Assembly: GCA_945903655.1 (NCBI GenBank)
Contig: CAMDOY010000001.1
Span: 1 to 43,432, forward strand
Source of the DNA: Rhizobium sp. Q54
GTDB taxonomy: Bacteria > Pseudomonadota > Alphaproteobacteria > Rhizobiales > Beijerinckiaceae
Direction: 5' to 3'
Length of the DNA stretch: 43,432 nucleotides
The first letter of the stretch is position 1, and the number at the start of each line of letters is the position of its first letter. The position numbers and the translations under genes were made by a program. Shown piece by piece: positions 40,605 to 43,432 of the stretch. Below the pieces are notes generated by a model. That model was not told where the DNA came from. It searched no databases and worked only from the letters and a program-made list of their open reading frames with translations.

Positions 40605-41303
40605 ATGACCGACAAATTCGAAGACTATTGCTGGAAGGACATCGTCAGTGACGAGATCCTGGAAATCTACAGCGCCTATCGTCGCGAGGTCTTTGTTGGG
40701 CCACGTCCCGCCATCCTCGCCATCGACCTCTACAAGAAGGCCTATCAGGGCGGCAATCGCCCGGTGATCGAGGTGAACCGCGAGTTCTCCGGCTCCTGCG
40801 GCGAGAACGCCTGGAAGGCCATGGAGCCCACCCTGAACCTCTTCGCCGCCGCGCGCCGCGCCGGGATCCCCGTCATCTACTCCACCCGCCACGCCGATAC
40901 GGCGGGGGTGCATAGCACCAACCGGCGCATGGGCCGCGAGGTCGAGGATGTCTATGGCATCAAGGAAGAGCTCGCCCCCCATCCCGGCGATCTCGTGATC
41001 TACAAGGAGCGCGCCTCGGCCTTTTTCGGCACGCCGCTCATCGCCCATCTGCGGCGCCTCGGCGTCGAGAGCCTGATCATCTGCGGCGAGAGCACCTCGG
41101 GCTGCGTGCGCGCCTCCACCGTGGACGCCTATTCCTACGGCTTCCATAACGTGCTGGTGGAGGAATGCACCTATGACCGCTCGATGCTGAGCCACAAGGT
41201 CAACCTCTTCGACCTCCATCACAAATATGCCGACGTGATGCATGTGGGCGAGGTGATCGCCCATCTCGACGGCATGGCCGCGCCCGCCAAGGCGGCGGAA
41301 TAG
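40605..41303 (+). CDS. Isochorismatase-family amidohydrolase with intact Asp-Lys-Cys triad
   Basis: AILAID, IYKERASAFFGT, GESTSGCVRAS.VDA. Confidence 0.9.
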   Translation: MTDKFEDYCWKDIVSDEILEIYSAYRREVFVGPRPAILAIDLYKKAYQGGNRPVIEVNREFSGSCGENAWKAMEPTLNLFAAARRAGIPVIYSTRHADTAGVHSTNRRMGREVEDVYGIKEELAPHPGDLVIYKERASAFFGTPLIAHLRRLGVESLIICGESTSGCVRASTVDAYSYGFHNVLVEECTYDRSMLSHKVNLFDLHHKYADVMHVGEVIAHLDGMAAPAKAAE

Positions 41304-41362
41304 GCGCGCAGCCTGACCCAAGGGGGCGCCGCCGCGCGGCGTCCCTGTCTGGCGCGTCAGAA

Positions 41363-41388
41363 GTAAACGCATCTTAACCCGCCTTTAA
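41363..41388 (+). promoter_or_regulatory. CtrA binding site(s) upstream of the PBP1A gene
   Basis: Perfect TTAA-N7-TTAA at 41374-41388, overlapped by GTAA-N7-TTAAC at 41363-41378. Confidence 0.65.
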
Positions 41389-41465
41389 TTGGCCCTCTTT
41401 AGAGTTCCATAAACTGCGGTCCGGTAACCGGACATGCGGCGAGTTGGTGGAGTAAAGCGGGCGCC

Positions 41466-43432
41466 ATGGGCAGCGAGAGCTGGTTCGGCAAAAAGCGCGA
41501 GCCCAAACTGGCGGCGCCTCGCAAGGCGCGCGACGACGAGGTGCGCGTCGATCCGCAGGACCGTCCGGATCATCTGCGCAAGCGCAAGGGCGCCCAGCGC
41601 ATCGAACCCTTTTTCGAAGACGCGCGCGGCCCCTCCCACAAGGACAGCAAATCCGAGCCCGTGGCGGGCAAGCGCGCGCGCGCAAAAGCGCCCGTGGAGG
41701 ACGAGCCTGCGGACGAGGAGGAGGCCCAGCCGCGCAAGCGAAAGGCCAAGGGCGAGGGCAAGCCCGAAGGTCGGCGTCGTCGCTCAGTGATGGGCGCGCT
41801 GGTCTATTATGGGGCGGTGCTGGGGGTCTGGTGCTTCATCGGTCTGTGCGGTCTTTTCGCCTGGCATGCGGTGCAATTGCCCCCCATCGACCAGCTCGCC
41901 GTGCCCAAGCGCCCACCCAACATCGCCATTCTCGCCGATGATGGAACGCTGCTGGCCAATCGCGGCGACACCGGCGGGGCCGCGATCCATATCAGGGATC
42001 TGCCCCGCTATGTGCCCAAGGCCTTCATCGCCATTGAGGATCACCGGTTCTATTCCCATTGGGGCATCGATCCCCTGGGCATTGGCCGCGCCGTCATACG
42101 CAATGTGATGAAGCGCGGGGGCATGGAGGGCGGATCCACCATCACCCAGCAGCTCGCCAAGAACCTGTTCCTGACTCAGGAGCGCACCCTCTCGCGCAAG
42201 ATCCAGGAGGCGATCCTCGCGGTCTGGCTGGAGCATCGCTACTCCAAGGACCAGATCCTCGAACTCTATCTGAACCGGGTCTATTTCGGCTCGGGCGCCT
42301 ATGGGGTGGAGGCGGCGGCGCGCAAATATTTCGGCCGCCCCGCCACCGAGATCACCCTGCAGGAGGCGGCCATTCTGGCGGGTCTGATGAAGGCGCCCAC
42401 CAAACTCGCCCCCAACCGCAACCCCAACGGCGCCGCCGACCGGGCTGCACAGGTCATCCTCGCCATGGTGCGCGAGGGCTTCATCAGCGACACCATGGGC
42501 AAGCTGGCGCTGATCAACCCGGCGCAGGCGGCGACGCCGCGCGGGGCGGGCTCGGTCAACTACGCCGCCGATTATGTGATGGACGTGCTCAACGACACAC
42601 TGGGCGCCATCGACGACGACATCGTGGTCACCACCACCCTCAGCAGCGCGCTGCAGGGGGCGGGCGAACGGGCGCTGACCGAGGAGCTGGACAAGAAGGG
42701 CGCGCGCTTCGGGGTGTCCCAGGGCGCGGTCGTGGTCATCGACATGAACGGCCAGATCAAGGCGCTGATCGGCGGGCGCAATTATGCGGAGAGCCAGTTT
42801 AACCGGGCGGTGGCGGCGCGCCGTCAGCCCGGCTCCGCCTTCAAGCCTTTCGTCTATCTGAGCGCGCTGGAGAAGGGCCTGACCCCCGGCTCCGTGCGCG
42901 AGGACGCCCCCATCAATCTGAAGGGCTGGAAGCCCGAAAACTCCACCCATGAATATCTGGGCCCGGTGACCCTCACCCGCGCCCTCTCCATGTCCCTCAA
43001 CACGGTGTCGGTGCGCCTCGCCATGGAGGTGAGCCCCAAGACCGTCATCGCCACCGCCCATCGCCTTGGCGTCGCCTCTGACTTGCGGCCCGACGCCTCC
43101 ATTGCGCTCGGCACCTCGGAGGTGACGCCGCTGGAGCTGGTCAACGCCTATGCGCCCTTCGCCAATGGGGGCCTTGGGGTGCAGCCCCACATCATCGCGA
43201 AGGTGCGCCGCGCCGATGGCAAGCAGCTCTATCAACGCAAGGGGTCGAGTTTCGGCCGGGTGATCGAGCCGCAATATGTGGGCATGATGAACGCCATGTT
43301 GCAGGAAACCCTGGTGACCGGCACCGCCCGAAAGGCCGAGTTGCCGGGCTGGCAGGCGGCGGGCAAGACCGGCACCAGCCAGGATTATCGCGACGCCTGG
43401 TTTGTGGGCTACACGAGCCAGCTCGTGGCGGG
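41466..43432 (+). CDS. Class A penicillin-binding protein (PBP1A family), truncated by the window edge
   Basis: Manual translation from ATG 41466: charged N-terminal tail, TM helix, glycosyltransferase motifs AIEDHRF, GGSTITQQLAKNLFL and RKIQE, transpeptidase motifs RQPGSAFK, SLN and KTG. No stop in the window. Confidence 0.95.
   Translation, partial: MGSESWFGKKREPKLAAPRKARDDEVRVDPQDRPDHLRKRKGAQRIEPFFEDARGPSHKDSKSEPVAGKRARAKAPVEDEPADEEEAQPRKRKAKGEGKPEGRRRRSVMGALVYYGAVLGVWCFIGLCGLFAWHAVQLPPIDQLAVPKRPPNIAILADDGTLLANRGDTGGAAIHIRDLPRYVPKAFIAIEDHRFYSHWGIDPLGIGRAVIRNVMKRGGMEGGSTITQQLAKNLFLTQERTLSRKIQEAILAVWLEHRYSKDQILELYLNRVYFGSGAYGVEAAARKYFGRPATEITLQEAAILAGLMKAPTKLAPNRNPNGAADRAAQVILAMVREGFISDTMGKLALINPAQAATPRGAGSVNYAADYVMDVLNDTLGAIDDDIVVTTTLSSALQGAGERALTEELDKKGARFGVSQGAVVVIDMNGQIKALIGGRNYAESQFNRAVAARRQPGSAFKPFVYLSALEKGLTPGSVREDAPINLKGWKPENSTHEYLGPVTLTRALSMSLNTVSVRLAMEVSPKTVIATAHRLGVASDLRPDASIALGTSEVTPLELVNAYAPFANGGLGVQPHIIAKVRRADGKQLYQRKGSSFGRVIEPQYVGMMNAMLQETLVTGTARKAELPGWQAAGKTGTSQDYRDAWFVGYTSQLVA

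Overview
High-GC alphaproteobacterial chromosome segment; protein types and gene order suggest Hyphomicrobiales/Rhizobiales. It is mostly core and catabolic genes: tRNA-Ser(UGA), typA, argG, moeB, kefC-like, gcdH, hrcA, hemW, lpoA-like/rsmI/yraN/gshB, glnD, grpE, alkB, dapB, a YhaO/YhaN (Mre11/Rad50-like) pair and a PBP1A running off the right edge. Four places do not look like ordinary core DNA. (1) Bases 1-598 look like the boundary of an element integrated at the tRNA-Ser 3' end, with an IHF site, arm-type repeats and an orphan ORF that the ORF track missed. (2) A lower-GC two-gene cassette at 7250-8169 encodes a His-motif protein and an apparently truncated DUF1828-like protein. (3) The 11.7-12.2 kb intergenic region holds an unannotated 28-aa hydrophobic peptide gene with a perfect Shine-Dalgarno, a convergent two-hairpin sRNA-like structure and an AT-rich regulatory block. 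(4) A secreted isochorismatase-fold protein has lost its catalytic Lys and Cys. All family calls come from motifs recognised by eye; no database searches were run.
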